Shown: positions 50,760 to 63,348, counted from the first letter of the stretch. The stretch is DNA of 64,000 nucleotides from Sminthopsis crassicaudata (GCF_048593235.1 NC_133619.1:396132454-396196453); one strand, 5' to 3'. The notes: a model not told the origin generated them from the letters alone. A program made the numbers and translations.

Positions 50760-51360
50760 TCGCCACTCACGTCCTCCACTTCACCTGCTCCCTTATTTTC
50801 CTCCTCATGCTCACTCCCCCTTTCCCCCCCGCCAGTTGCGGGGCTGCGCCGCCCCTTTAAGAGCAGCGGGGCCAGGCAGCCGCCCCTAGGAGAGCGCAGC
50901 CGCCCGGCCGGCCGGCTCCGGAGGAGGCAGCCGTGCCGACGAGCTTCAAGCGCAGGGGGTTGCGCATCTGGCCCGGAGCTGGGGTGGCCACCCCGCCCCC
51001 AGCCCCTCAATTCCCCTCAAACTCGGGGCCGGGGCCCTCCCCATAACTCGGCTCCGCCCCGGCCCCGCCCAGCCCAGGCCGCCGGACCTGGAGCCTGGAC
51101 CGCTGTATTGCAACCAGAGGCAGGTAAGGGGGGCAGAAGCGAAGACCCCATTGCAGGTTGGGGACGGGGGAAACGCCTCATTTCTTATCGTATTGGGCCT
51201 CCTATTCAGAAGCCCCCGGGGCGCGTCAAGGTGACTAGGTGTGTGGAAGTGGGGCTGTGTTTGTTAGTCCCGTGGCTTGTGGGGGGACAGGCGTCCCAGT
51301 CCATGCGCCTAGCTCCTATAGAGGAGGGCCCGCCGCAGCGCACAGAGACGGGGCTCTGGA
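50760..51360 (+). promoter_or_regulatory. CpG island / ABCG4 promoter with non-coding exon 1
   Basis: CpG-rich, GCCCCTTTAAG at 50851-50861, GC boxes ~51054-51070, strong donor CAG|GTAAGG at 51124. Confidence 0.8.
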
Positions 51361-52035
51361 GGAGCTGCACAGGCGATGGGTCCTATTTGTCCAAGGGGAT
51401 AAAGGAGGCCTCCTAGGCTCTGGGGATGCTCCGTCTCCCCCACACCCTTCTCTCTCTGGATCCCCTCCTATCACTCGTCCCTTATTGCCCCTCCCATTGT
51501 CCTCCCTTCTGGATTCTAACCCTCCTCCCTCCTCCCTAGGGCTGGGGCTGCTGGCCAGAGTTCTGCCGGGTAAGGAGATTAGAGCTTCAGAGAGGAGGGA
51601 GCCGAGAGGGCCTGCATGAGCTGGGGGCAGAGAAGGATGGTTGGCGGGCGCAGATGAACGGGCTAGAATTTGATGGCTAGTAAAAGGGGATATCTTGAGG
51701 TATGCATTTAAGAGAACAGAGCCTTGAGGCACATGGGTAATGTTGAATAGCCTGGACCAGATTTCTGAGAAGGTAGGACTGGAGGAGATGGTAAGGGGGA
51801 CATGCTTAAGGGAGACCTTGAAGAAGAGCAGGACTGGAATGGGACAAGAGAAAGCAGGAACTTACAGGGAATGAGATGATAGACCCGTGTAGACAACTGT
51901 GTGATAAGGCAAGAGAAAGAGCAAGTTGGAGGGTAGAGGGGGGTGGAGCCGTGACAGAGATGGAAGTAGGGCCAGGGCTGGGTGTGATGTTAAACAAGTC
52001 CCCCTCAGCTCCCTGGTTCCCTGCAGGGCAAAGAG

Positions 52036-52285
52036 ATGGAGGAGAAGGCACTGGAGGTGGGCAGCTGTGGGCTGGGGCCAGGGGCTGTGGCAGTGGCCCT
52101 GGAGGATATGGCAGGGCGCCCTGGCCCCACAGAGCCCCCACTACTGACCACACACCTGAAGAAAGTGGAGAACCACATCACAGAAGCCCAGCGCTTCTCT
52201 CATCTTCCAAAGCGCTCTGCAGTTGATATAGAATTCGTGGAGCTGTCCTACTCTGTTCGAGAGGGACCCTGCTGGCGCAAGAGGG
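52036..52285 (+). CDS. ABCG4: ABCG4 (ABC half-transporter, sterol export) first coding exon
   Basis: Acceptor CAG at 52024-52026, ATG at 52036: MEEKALEVGSCGLGPGAVAVALED...LTTHLKKVENHITEAQRFSHLPKRSAVDIEFVELSYSVREGPCWRKR. Donor GTATG at 52286. Confidence 0.96.
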
Positions 52286-53164
52286 GTATGGAATTGTCAC
52301 TCGCTCTGTTTCTGAGTTTTCTGTCCCCTTATTTTGCTCTTTTCCGTCCTCCCCAATAAGTAATATCTGCATACTATGCCCTCTACTTCTTAACCGGTCA
52401 TTGATGGTTTTTTTTGCCTTCTAAATGAGCACCATGCCCTCTGTCCTCTGAAGGGGCACTGAAAACTTATAAAACAATGGAATCATAAAATTGGAAGGAT
52501 TTTCAGAGATCATCTAGTCCATTCTCTATCAGGTTCATGAATCTCTGAAATAATATTGGAAGCAGACAAGGTAGTCAGCTGTAGTGGGAAAAGCCTGGAT
52601 TTGGAATCAGAGCTGGCATTTGAATCATAGCTTGATGTAGGACTCTTTCCTGAGTAACTTTCGGCAAGTCACTTATCCCGTGCTTCAGGTGTGAAATACA
52701 GAAGTTCAGTTCGATGATCTCTAAGGTTCTGGTCAGCGCTAGCTTTTGTGATACACTTTGTAATATCCTCGATATGTGGTCATTGCCTCAAATTTGAGTC
52801 TTTCTAAAGATAAGGAGCTCATTATTTCTTGTGTAGATTTCTTCTCCTTTCTTCCTATTTGCTGACTCCCTGACTACCTATATTCCCATCTTTGCCCTGA
52901 TCTAGGAGTCTCCTCAATATGTCAAATATCTAGGGGTCTGATAAAGAATTGTAGGAGAATCTTTGGAGAGGGCCTTTCTGGTTATTGGATATAGTGCTTC
53001 TAATTTTGCAAATCATTCTCACATCTAATATGTGCTTGGACAACTATCTCTCTGTGAACCAGAAAACCTCTGAAGTGTCTTTCAGCTCTAAATCTATGAT
53101 CCCCTGGTCACAAAAATCTTATAACAATATCTGATACTTATGTAGTTTTTTAAAGTTTCTGAAG

Positions 53165-53167
<3 letters not shown>

Positions 53168-53208
<41 letters not shown>
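53168..53208. repeat. (TA)~20 microsatellite
   Basis: Read directly. Confidence 0.95.
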
Positions 53209-53211
<3 letters not shown>

Positions 53212-54458
53212 TTTAAGCCTCAAAAATGTTATATGAGGTCAGGGGAGTAAAAAGCTTTTTAATCATTTTAGGGAAGAGGATAAAGGAAGACTTTCTGAAG
53301 GAAGTATTATTTAAATTAGGCTTTAAAGGATAGGGGAAAAAAAAAACAAACTGTTGAAGAGAGATGGGGAGACAAGCCAGGCAGAGGAAACAATCGGAGG
53401 AAAAAAGCATGTAATTGTGAGAATGCAGTGTTGTTCTGGAACTAGGGTGGCAGAAAGTTATCCAATTTGGCTGGAGGGCAAAGGTATCTAAGATAAGATA
53501 AGGTAGAGTAATGGCAGGTTGAGCAGAGCCTTCAATGCCAGGGAAAAGCATTTTAATTTAATTCGGTAGGCAATACGGAGCTACTGAAGATTTTTGGGCA
53601 AGAGTATTGGAAAGGAAAATAGAGAGAAAGAATTAATTCTGTTTTAAAGATGTGGAAGAATTGTTTCAGAAAGCAAATTACAAGTTTAAGGTCACATAAC
53701 AAGTCAGTAGTAGAACTATATAATAGAACTATAAGTAAGTGGAACCTATAACAAACATATCTTCTGATCACCAGCTTATATTCTTTGCATTGCATCATCT
53801 CAGGACTCTTCTAAACACAGAATTAAATCAGTGGTAGAAAATGTGGTTCTCAATGGTTTCCCTGGTAAAAATCTGAAACTGTCTGGACTGGTCTCAAAGG
53901 AGGTGTTGAGGTAGTTGAGAGAGGGTTTTGCATCTGGGAACTTACTGTCCAGAGTTCAGTAAATCTTTGCTGTCCCTCCTCAGCCCCAGGCAACATGAGC
54001 TGAGAATAGGGAAACTAGGTTTCCCAGCACCAGGGTGGAGGTTGGACGAGTGAATTGTTCCTCTGGATTTGAGAAGCTAGACTGAAACACTTATGAGCAG
54101 GGCTGAGCAAGGTTTTTAGCAATTTTCTCTCCCTTTAGTGTCCTGTCTCACATTTAATGTGTGTACACTTGTACTCTTGGGAACTTGGAATAGGACAAGG
54201 GCCAAAGTTGAATGGGAACTTCAGCATCAACATGATAGCAGGGTTGAGAGTTATTTTTCAATAAAATTTTGAAATAAGAAAAACTTGGAGAATCCCTCTC
54301 CCTCTCTATTTTATGAAAAACATTTTTTTTGCTTAAATATAAACCACACTCATAATATGAAATCTCTGAAAGTAAAATCCATACATACATATATTTTGAT
54401 TTTCCGTTAATTTTATGTAAGCCAGATTTTTTTGGTGGGAGGTACAGTAGACTGGCTA

Positions 54459-54954
54459 GAGAGTATCCTAAAAGTCTTAGTGCAGGTTTGATTTAATAAC
54501 TTCATAGGTATAAATGCCACAAACTTAGAAGAACATCATTTGCAAGTTTAATTATGAGTCTTTTATGTTGGTTTAATTTTGTGAATTTTGAATAATGGAT
54601 TTAAAATTTTAATTTTAACAAGACAGGTTATTATGCATTGCATGTGGGACAGTTTCTGGATGATATTTTCTCAAGCTGATGCATTGACAGAGGAGGTCCT
54701 CTTGCTTGGCCATCTTGGTCAGCTGAGGTATGTCCATTAGACTCTTTTTTATGGACTCATATAAAAATTGTCACATATGCACAAAAATATGCATCATTTT
54801 TTGGATGATTTTAATACTATGATTACAAATGCAGTCTTTTCTGTTACTAAGCAACTAAGCAACAGCTAACTAAAGTTTTTACGAAATTAGAAAATTGATT
54901 ATATATAAAGCACAAGATAGTGATTTTGTTGATATGCTTAATAAGAAACACCTG
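54459..54954 (+). mobile_element. Tc1/mariner-family transposon fossil with degenerate transposase segment
   Basis: TA plus TIR-like GAGAGTATCCTAAAAGTCTTAGTGCAG. 54623-54787 translates TGYYALHVGQFLDDIFSS*CIDRGGPLAWPSWSAEVCPLDSFLWTHIKIVTYAQK, resembling the RWIGRGGP..WPPRSPDLTPLDFFLWG motif. The right end (GAAACACCTG-TA) is tentative. Confidence 0.8.
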
Positions 54955-55689
54955 TATTTTAAATATTTAAATAATTAACTTTTCATATTGTATTTATTTA
55001 TTTTTGGCATTTATATTTCTGAAGTTATTAAAGTACTATCATTTTTTTTTTTTTTTTTTTTTTAGGACATTCTGTATTTGGGCCTAATTGAGGCAGTATT
55101 GAGTTCAAATTTTGCCACTGACTCATATTAGCTGTGTGATCTTGAGATAGTCATGACCTTTAGTAATCCCTAGGCAAGTCAATGGAGGGTTACACAGAAG
55201 CAGTTTCCACACAGGAAGTTTCCAACTCTGGTGAAATCCCAGGTGTTGTTTCCGTGTTTGTCCTCCCCACCCCTCCACTTCTGTTCCCTCCCTTGTATCT
55301 CTGCTCTCTTAGTCACATCTTTAATATACTTTGACTTCTTCCTTCCTTCTTTGTCTTCCTTCATTTTTTACACTAGAGAATAAAAGAGAATAAGAAGTTT
55401 GGGGTAGACAGAAAGAAAGGGGATAGGGCAATAGCAGGAAGAAACAAGGTATTTCCTTTCTCTGGCAGACATTTGTGATAATGGTAAATAAAGCATAACA
55501 TTCAATGATCTAGGAGCTCTATGACATCCATTATCTCATAGCCCTGGCAAAAAGGTGGTACAAGCCTTACTTTTCCATTATGTAGGTGAGGATACTGAGG
55601 GTCAAAAAGTTCACAGTATCTAGTGCTTGAAGAGATCTTCCTCACCCCTGCCCTGGCATTTCATAGTATTTTATCCAGTATTTTAATCC

Positions 55690-56305
55690 ATAGTATTTTC
55701 CAATTACATGTAAAGATAACTTTAAACATTTGTTTTTTAGGATTTTAAGTTCTAATTTTTTTTTCTCTTAGGATTTTAAGTTCTAAATCTTTTTTCTCTT
55801 TTCCCTCTCCCCAAGACAGCAAGCAATCTGATACAGGTTATACATGTACAATCACATTAAACATATTTCCACATTACTCATTTTGGGAAAAACTACGAAA
55901 AAGAACAAACAAAATGAAAACAGTATTCTTCAATCTGCATTCAGATTTTGTAATTCTTTCTCTGAGTATGGCTAACATTTTCCATCATGAGTCTTTTGGA
56001 ATTGTATTGTTGATTGCATTGCATTGTTGATCAACATAGTTGATCAGTTGTCCAGTATTGTTGTTAGTGTATACAATGTTTTCCTGGCTCTGCTCACTTC
56101 ATTCAGCATCATTTCATGTAAGTCTTTCCAGACTTTTCTGAAATCAGCCTGCCTATCATTTCTTACAACATAATCGTATTCTATCACAATCACATACCAC
56201 AACTTATTCAGCTATTCACCGATGGATGGGCATCCAATTTCCATTATTTGCCACTACAAAAAGAGCTGCTATAAATATTTTTGTACATGTGGGCCCTTTT
56301 GAAGA
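55690..56305 (-). mobile_element. Antisense L1 3' UTR / ORF2 end
   Basis: CAGGTTATACATGTACAATCAC, CTGCTCACTTCATTCAGCATC, CTTATTCAGCTATTC and GATGGGCATCC segments. Confidence 0.8.
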
Positions 56306-58066
56306 GATCTTAATGATAGAATATAGTTTTTTAGAGATAAAAGGGGCTGGAGATAATTTAGTCCAACCTCCATACTTGACAGGTGAGGTTCAGAGAAAGG
56401 GGTTAGTTGACTTGTCCATGAAAATAATAAAGCCAGGATTTGGGACCAGGTTTTTTGACTCCAATTCTAGTGATCTTTTCATTCCAGCAAGATGTAATTT
56501 ATTGAAGTAGTTAGCAAATAACAACTTTGTGACTCTGAGAGGGTTAGATTAGATAGTCTCTAAAGAACTTTCCTGTTCTAAAATATATTATTCTGTGACT
56601 TCAGTGTTCTCTCTCTTCCTCCCTCTCCTCCTCCCTTGAAACCTGCCATTCTTCATTTACTTGAACATGACCTCCTTGGGAGTTCAATCCAATTTAGAAA
56701 CTGGGAGAACCAAGGGAAGTAAGGTGATTTAGCTTCACCCAACTTCTCCCTTCCCTCAATGTGACACTGAAAGGCAGATACAGGAGGTCACTTCCTGAAT
56801 GGTTTTTAAATGATGGAATCATAGGGCCACCTGTGTCGTCATGGGTGTATTATCTAAATCTTTCCATCACTACTTGTGACATTGGCAGGTAGGTAGCTCT
56901 CTTCTGCCTATAGGTAGGGGCTGAACCACATGACTTTTGGAAGACCCTTTCAGCTTCTGTGATTCTGTCAGTCACAGGGTCAAAGAACTGCAGGCTACAG
57001 TGGGAGCTCACAGGGTCCACAGAATTTTGCAGGGATTGGGAACTCTGGGAAGAGAGTAATTAAAAAGCAGGGTCTCTGTATAAAGCTACTGCGGACCAGG
57101 TGTGTGAGCCAAACAACCATCAAGAGTCTCTGTTAATATTTTCTATCCAACTTCCTAATTAGTCATTCATTGACTGGATGGTGCTATAGGAAAGAAGAAG
57201 TTGGGGGAAGACATTTATGGTTATTAGGACCAGTATGGGTGTCAGTGTCCCCTTCAAGTCCCTTGGGTCAGATCTCTAAGGATCCAATTTTATGCCAGGC
57301 TTTAAAGAAAGAAAGACTTTTTCCAGATGAAGGGGAAGGCAGGAGGCAACTCCTTTTAGCAAAGGAGAGAGAGAATAATTTATGCCCACAGAGAAAAAGA
57401 ATCATGACCCCTGGCTCCCCTTCCTTTTCCAGAGCACAATAAATTCAATAAATTATGCCTCAGATGTCTTGACTCCAGAGGTAGTCATCTCAGATTAGGG
57501 AGTTTAGAAAAGAAGAGAAGATCTGTTGTTGTTGTTGAGGTATTACTTTTGTCCTAGCTGCTGGCCGTATCCATGGTAATTTTATACAATACATTAAATT
57601 TTACAGAAAACACTTTGGCCACAATAATCCTGTGAGGTAGGCAGTCTAAGTAATATGCCCCCATTTTACAGATGAGGAAAATGAGTCTCAGAGAAGTTAA
57701 ATGACTTTCTTCAAATCACAAACCTCATGGAAATAGAATGACCTAGTCTGGCCCTGAAGAAGAGATGAGGAGATGCAACTCCTGCTTCTTTGCAGAGGGG
57801 GCTGTGGCTGATATTATGGATATGTGCTGTCAGACTTAGATGATGTATTGATTAGTTTTACTGAATGTTTTTTTTTTTTCTTTTTTAAAAATTCTTTGTT
57901 ATAATGGATGATTCATACTTGGTTTGAGAGGAGGAGGAATATATTGGGAAATGTAAGTTATATAAAAAACACAAGATATCAATAATTTTTTTTTTAAATC
58001 ACAAAGCTAGTAAGTGATCAAACCAAAAGAGCTCTTCTGATTTTGAATCTGGTGTTCTGCTTTATT

Positions 58067-58301
58067 GTTCAGTTGTTTTCAGTCATGACCACATTTTGGA
58101 GTTTTCTTGGTAAAGACATTGGAGCGCTTTGCCATGCCTTCTCCTACTTATTTCACAGATGAGGAACTGAGGCAAACAGGACTAAGTGACTTGCCCAGGA
58201 TTACACAGCTAAGAAGTCTCTGAGGCCAGATTTGTCTCAGGAAGACAGATCTCCTTGACCTCAGGCCCAGCACTCAATCCACTGTACCACCTAGCTGCCC
58301 C
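58067..58301 (-). mobile_element. Mar1-type CORE-SINE
   Basis: GTTCAGTTGTTTTCAGTCATG tail, CORE, and head ending CCACCTAGCTGCCCC. Confidence 0.78.
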
Positions 58302-58384
58302 CTGCTACTAGATTATGGAGTCAAAGGCTTGAGAGGCTGAGGCGTTTCTATCCCTCAATGACCTCTCCCTCCTCCTGACTCCAG

Positions 58385-58502
58385 GTTATAAGACCCTTCT
58401 CAAGTGTCTGTCTGGAAAGTTCTGCCGAAAGGAGCTGATTGGTATCATGGGACCCTCAGGAGCGGGGAAGTCCACGTTCATGAACATCCTGGCTGGCTAT
58501 CG
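58385..58502 (+). CDS. ABCG4: ABCG4 coding exon 2 (Walker A)
   Basis: [38 protein letters not shown], with Walker A GPSGAGKS. 118 nt. Confidence 0.97.
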
Positions 58503-58735
58503 GTGAGGATGGGAGTGTGTGTGTGTATACGGGGAAAGGCGGAGGGCAGGGAGAAGGAGGAGCGTGGAGAACTGGGAGGATGGAGGCGTTCTAGGCCCAC
58601 GATCATGGTGGGTGGAAGAGTCCAAGGCAGAGGCTCGTGGGAAGAGACAGAAGTCATCGATTGGAGTTTTCCAGGGTAGCCTAAGGCTCTGAGGATGTTC
58701 TACCCTGTGATCCCCCTTACATTCTGCTCCTGAAG

Positions 58736-58868
58736 GGAGTCTGGGATGAAGGGGCAGATCTTGGTGAACGGGCGACCTCGCGAGCTGCGGACCTTCCGCA
58801 AGATGTCCTGTTACATCATGCAGGACGACATGCTGCTGCCTCATCTCACCGTGCTAGAGGCCATGATG
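58736..58868 (+). CDS. ABCG4: ABCG4 coding exon 3 (Q-loop)
   Basis: [44 protein letters not shown]. 133 nt. Confidence 0.97.
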
Positions 58869-59248
58869 GTGAGGGCCCTCTCCCACTCCCTGCGTGTCCC
58901 CCTCCCCACACTTGCCTGGGTTTCTTAGGTATAACGATGACATAATCCCTCCAGCGATGAAGCCCCTGCTATGTGTGTGGAGGAAGGGGGCAGGTATTAA
59001 GAGGAGCTATAGTTATTGCCCTGGAGGAACTTTTGGCCCAGTGGGAGTAGAGGACGTTAGCTATTTCACCACCTTATTCCCCCTTCAAGGTTGATAGGCA
59101 CCATGGAAGTCCCAGCACTAGGATGCTCTGGTAAAGTCTGCTCTTCTGCTTGTCCCTCTGCTAAATGAAGGGCTGGGGTGAGGCGGTATTCACGGGGCTC
59201 GTGGGCGCGGTGCCCACGCCACTGACCAGCCCCTACTTTTGGGCCCAG

Positions 59249-59299
59249 GTCTCTGCCAACCTGAAGTTGAATGAAAAACAGGAGGTGAAGAAGGAGCTG
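59249..59299 (+). CDS. ABCG4: ABCG4 coding exon 4
   Basis: VSANLKLNEKQEVKKEL. 51 nt. Confidence 0.95.
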
Positions 59300-59523
59300 G
59301 TGAGTGGGGCAAGAGATTGGTCAGAGGCCTCCTCCTTTGTGAGGGACCAGGGTAGCCCCCGGGGAGGGAGAATGGCCCCGATGCTAGTTCAGTCAGCACA
59401 AGTTGGAGGTGGTCCCCAGGTGGAGCGAGAACCCTGTGGGGGCCCTTTGAAGGCAGAGAAATGGCAGGATGGCAAAGGGGCTTCGGGAAGCCCCGGAGGC
59501 TGATGTGGGGTGGCCTTTGCCAG

Positions 59524-59669
59524 GTGACTGAGATTCTGACGGCTTTGGGGCTGATGTCCTGTTCTAACACGAGGACAGCCATGCTCTCGGGGGGTCAGAG
59601 GAAGCGGCTGGCAATTGCTTTGGAGCTTGTCAACAACCCACCCGTCATGTTCTTTGATGAGCCTACCAG
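59524..59669 (+). CDS. ABCG4: ABCG4 coding exon 5 (ABC signature, Walker B)
   Basis: [48 protein letters not shown]. 146 nt. Confidence 0.97.
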
Positions 59670-59849
59670 GTATTCTTCTCCTCCGGTAACCTTCCCCAAT
59701 AGCATCCCCTCCTACCAAGTGGAACCATTGAGATAGAGCCTTTGCTTTCCAAGACTAGCTCAGAAGAGTGAGGGAGCTGGGCTTTGCTTTCTGACATCCC
59801 CATGGGCTAAAGTGAGCATGGGGCAGGGTTGGGGGGGGGGAGGAGAATT

Positions 59850-59960
59850 AGATCGTAAGCTCCTGGAGGGCAGGGACTGTGTTTTATCTCTTTTTGTATT
59901 CCCAGCACTCAGCACAGTGCCTGGCACATAGTAGGCACTTAATAAATGTTGATTGAATTA
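59850..59960 (+). mobile_element. L2 LINE 3' end
   Basis: GTAAGCTCCTGGAGGGCAGGGACTGTG...AGCACAGTGCCTGGCACATAGTAGGCACTTAATAAATGTTGATTGAAT. Further L2 pieces at about 185-1150, 9670-10470, 36840-37560 and 53240-53650, plus many MIR fragments elsewhere. Confidence 0.85.
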
Positions 59961-60096
59961 AGCTGACTAGGGGAGAACCCATTCTGGAGCCATTCCCCTC
60001 ACCTGAGTTTCTCTTTCTTTATTCTCCTACCTCCCTTACCCTGCTCCTAACACACTCTCCCTCCTGTCTCCCCCCCCTTTCTCTCTCTCTGGGCAG

Positions 60097-60220
60097 TGGA
60101 CTGGACAGTGCCTCCTGCTTCCAGGTTGTATCACTAATGAAGTCCTTGGCTCAGGGGGGCCGGACCATCATCTGCACCATCCACCAGCCCAGTGCCAAGC
60201 TCTTTGAGATGTTTGACAAG
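60097..60220 (+). CDS. ABCG4: ABCG4 coding exon 6 (D- and H-loops)
   Basis: [41 protein letters not shown]. 124 nt. Confidence 0.97.
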
Positions 60221-60438
60221 GTTGGCTACCAGCTTTGGCTCTCCTTCTGGATAGAGAGGATAGGGTTGGGGAAACCATTGGTGTCTGTTGTGTCCACGCG
60301 CTGGGGTGGCAGGGATTGGGAGGTCTGCCTATGTCGAGGTGCAGGCCCTGGCAGCGGCTGGACACACGCTAGGGTGCAGGGGGGATGCCACCTCCCCATC
60401 CGACTCCTTTCTCATCTCACTTCAACTCCTACCTCCAG

Positions 60439-60553
60439 CTGTACATCCTGAGCCAGGGTCAGTGCATCTTCAAGGGCATGGTCACCAATCTGATCCCTTA
60501 CCTGAAGGGGCTGGGCCTACATTGTCCCACCTACCACAACCCGGCGGACTTCA
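60439..60553 (+). CDS. ABCG4: ABCG4 coding exon 7
   Basis: [38 protein letters not shown]. 115 nt. Confidence 0.97.
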
Positions 60554-60728
60554 GTGAGTGGGACCTCGGCTGGGACCCTGGACCACGTGGGCAGGGAAGG
60601 AGGGAGGCCTCGAGTTCTGCCCTTTGTCTGTGCTGGACACTGCCTTGTGACGAGCGTGGGGTCATGCCCCTGAGGGGCTGGTTTAGTTCTGGAGAGAATG
60701 ACGCAGCGGCTCATCTCCTCTTCCACAG

Positions 60729-60871
60729 TCATTGAAGTAGCATCAGGAGAGTACGGGGACTTGAACCCAATGCTGTTCCGGGCGGTACAGAACGGACTGT
60801 GCACTGTGGCGGAGAAGAAGGACGGTGCGGAGAAAAATCATGTCCAATCCCCGTGTCCTGCTTGCCCTTCA
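60729..60871 (+). CDS. ABCG4: ABCG4 coding exon 8
   Basis: [47 protein letters not shown]. 143 nt. Confidence 0.96.
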
Positions 60872-61222
60872 GTGAGTGAAAGAGAGAATGCTGGGGGTCC
60901 GCGTGTGGAGTTAGGGAGAAGTGGCCAGGACGTGACGGGTCGAGCCACTTCCCGTCTCTGAGCTTTCGTTCTTCATGTAGAACATGGAGGACTGAGGAGA
61001 GATGACCTTGAAGGGCCTTTCTAGCTCTAAATCCAGCAATCTCGGGATCCTTCCCCTTGCCCCTGGGGAATGGAGTGCCAGCTGCCGGTGGGTTCTGCCT
61101 CGTGCCCTAGCAGGCTCCACAGAAGCTCGGAGGCCCTTGTTTGCTGGGCTGGGTGGTGTTGGGCATCCCTCTGGGTGGGTCCCTTTTCTGTGACCTTGGA
61201 TTGTGACCTTCTTCCTGCTCAG

Positions 61223-61321
61223 GAAGTAGACCCCATCGAGAGTCACACCTTCGCCACTAATACGTTCACGCAGTTCTGCATCCTCTTCAAGAGAACCTTC
61301 TTGTCCATCCTCAGAGACACG
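61223..61321 (+). CDS. ABCG4: ABCG4 coding exon 9
   Basis: EVDPIESHTFATNTFTQFCILFKRTFLSILRDT. 99 nt. Confidence 0.96.
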
Positions 61322-61613
61322 GTGAGAGACTACACTGTGGGGATGGAGGAATTGCCAGTAACCTAGACCTGACAGTTGGCCCGGAAATGGAGAAAAAAGA
61401 GAGGGGTTTCTGGCCTAAGTCCCACTGTCTGCAGCCACCTTGAAGATGGCTACGAGGGCTCTTTGTTAATGTGGGCAGCAGAGATTTTGTCTGGTCTCCT
61501 CCCCCCCAGATCCCACCAGAATGGTGCAGTCATTCCTCCTCTGTTCTCAGTCCAGCGCCACATGTTTCCTCCCTGCTCCACCTCCCTGACTCTGACCGCT
61601 CTCTCCCTGCCAG

Positions 61614-61782
61614 GTTCTGACCCACCTTCGATTCATGTCCCACGTGGTGATTGGGGTGCTCATCGGTCTCCTGTACCTGCACATCGGAAACGACGCCAGC
61701 AAAGTCTTCAATAACACAGGCTGCCTCTTCTTCTCCATGCTCTTCCTCATGTTTGCTGCCCTGATGCCTACTGTTCTTACCT
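61614..61782 (+). CDS. ABCG4: ABCG4 coding exon 10 (TM1-2)
   Basis: [56 protein letters not shown]. 169 nt. Confidence 0.97.
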
Positions 61783-62047
61783 GTGAGTCCTTAGCACCTG
61801 GTGCACCTGGGAGAGAGCGAGTGGGCAATGGAGGGGTGCCGGGCTCGTTAATGAGATGGGGAGACCGGAGGCTGCGGTCCCAATGTCAGGCAGGCTGATG
61901 GACTGGGAGGGACAGCTATCTTATGGGGGGGATTTCCCAACCCTACAGCCCCAGTAAGAGACCCTTCAGGAGGCAGCAGCCGGTTTGTGTTGGGAACAAT
62001 GGGAATTCTAGAAGGCCTTGAATGCTTTCTCTTTTTTCTTGTCTCAG

Positions 62048-62148
62048 TTCCCCTAGAAATGGCTGTCTTCATGCGGGAGCATCTCAACTACTGGTACAGC
62101 CTCAAAGCATATTACTTGGCCAAGACTATGGCTGATGTGCCCTTCCAG
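62048..62148 (+). CDS. ABCG4: ABCG4 coding exon 11
   Basis: [34 protein letters not shown]. 101 nt. Confidence 0.97.
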
Positions 62149-62857
62149 GTAAGCTGGAATAATGATTCAGTCAGCAAGCACTGTTGAGCGCCAACTGTAT
62201 GTTTAGCCTTGTGTGGGAGATACAAAAATGACCCCTGACTTTTGGTGTAAAATTTAGTTTGAAAAATGAAGCTAATGAATGTAAAATGGTAGCTAACCAT
62301 CTCATGGACATATGCATGGGCAGAAAAGAGAGAGGGTCCTGCAGACAGGGGTCGCTGGGGAAGATGGAATCCAGAGAAAGGGCGGAAGGGGGGCATTCCT
62401 GGTAAGGGAGCAACGAATGCAGCTTCCTCAGCACAGTAGAAAGAACCCCGAGTTTGAAGAGCCCTGAATTTGAATCCTCTATACTTACTTGCTGTGGAAT
62501 CCTGATCAAATCATTTCTCTTCTTTGAGCTAGTAAGAATAATAATGAGCATTTATGTGGTGCTTTAAGGGTTGCAAGGCACGTTGTACGTATATTTTAAC
62601 TCATTTGATCTGCTCACTCTGGGAAACTGGATGGAGGAGAACTCTACTGTCAGGGTCATTTTCCTCATCTTTGGGATGAGGGCGGCGGACTAGGTTATCT
62701 TTCCTAGTCTGAGCCTCTGTGAGGCCCGTCCTGGGAAGGGTGTTCCATAAGGGAACCGGAGCTGAAGACAAGAGGAGGCCTGAATTCAGGGGGAGGTGAG
62801 GAGACCTGCCCCTCACACACCAGCACTTCTCTCCAGCCTTCTTCTTGCTCCCACCAG

Positions 62858-63016
62858 GTGATTTGCCCCATGGCTTACTGTAGCATTGTATACTGGATGA
62901 CCAGCCAACCAGCGGAAGCCACCCGGTTCCTGCTTTTCTCTGCTCTGGCCACAGCCACTGCCCTGGTAGCTCAGTCTCTAGGGCTACTGATTGGGGCTGC
63001 ATCCAACTCCCTACAG
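62858..63016 (+). CDS. ABCG4: ABCG4 coding exon 12
   Basis: [53 protein letters not shown]. 159 nt. Confidence 0.97.
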
Positions 63017-63079
63017 GTGAGTGGAAATGGGAGAAGTGGGAAGGAGAGAATAGGTGTGTCTAGGGTAGGGACATAAAGA

Positions 63080-63235
63080 AAAAGGGAAGCAAGGAAGGAA
63101 AGAAAAAGAGGTTGAGGGAAAGAAGGGGAAGGAAGGAGAGGAAGGAAAGAAAGAAAAAGAAAGAGGAAAAAAGGGGAGGGAGAGAAAGGGAAGAAAAAGA
63201 AAGAAAGGGAGAAAAGGAAAGATGGAAAGAAAGAT
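63080..63235. repeat. Purine-rich (GAAA/GGAA) low-complexity tract
   Basis: Almost only A and G over ~155 nt in an ABCG4 intron. Confidence 0.9.
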
Positions 63236-63348
63236 TTATTCAGGGTTTATTATGTACCAGGCCCTTTGTTAAGACCAGGAGACAGAAATATAAAAAGACA
63301 GTCCCGATCCTCAAGATACTTCTCACAGAAGATCACACAAGGGGATGA

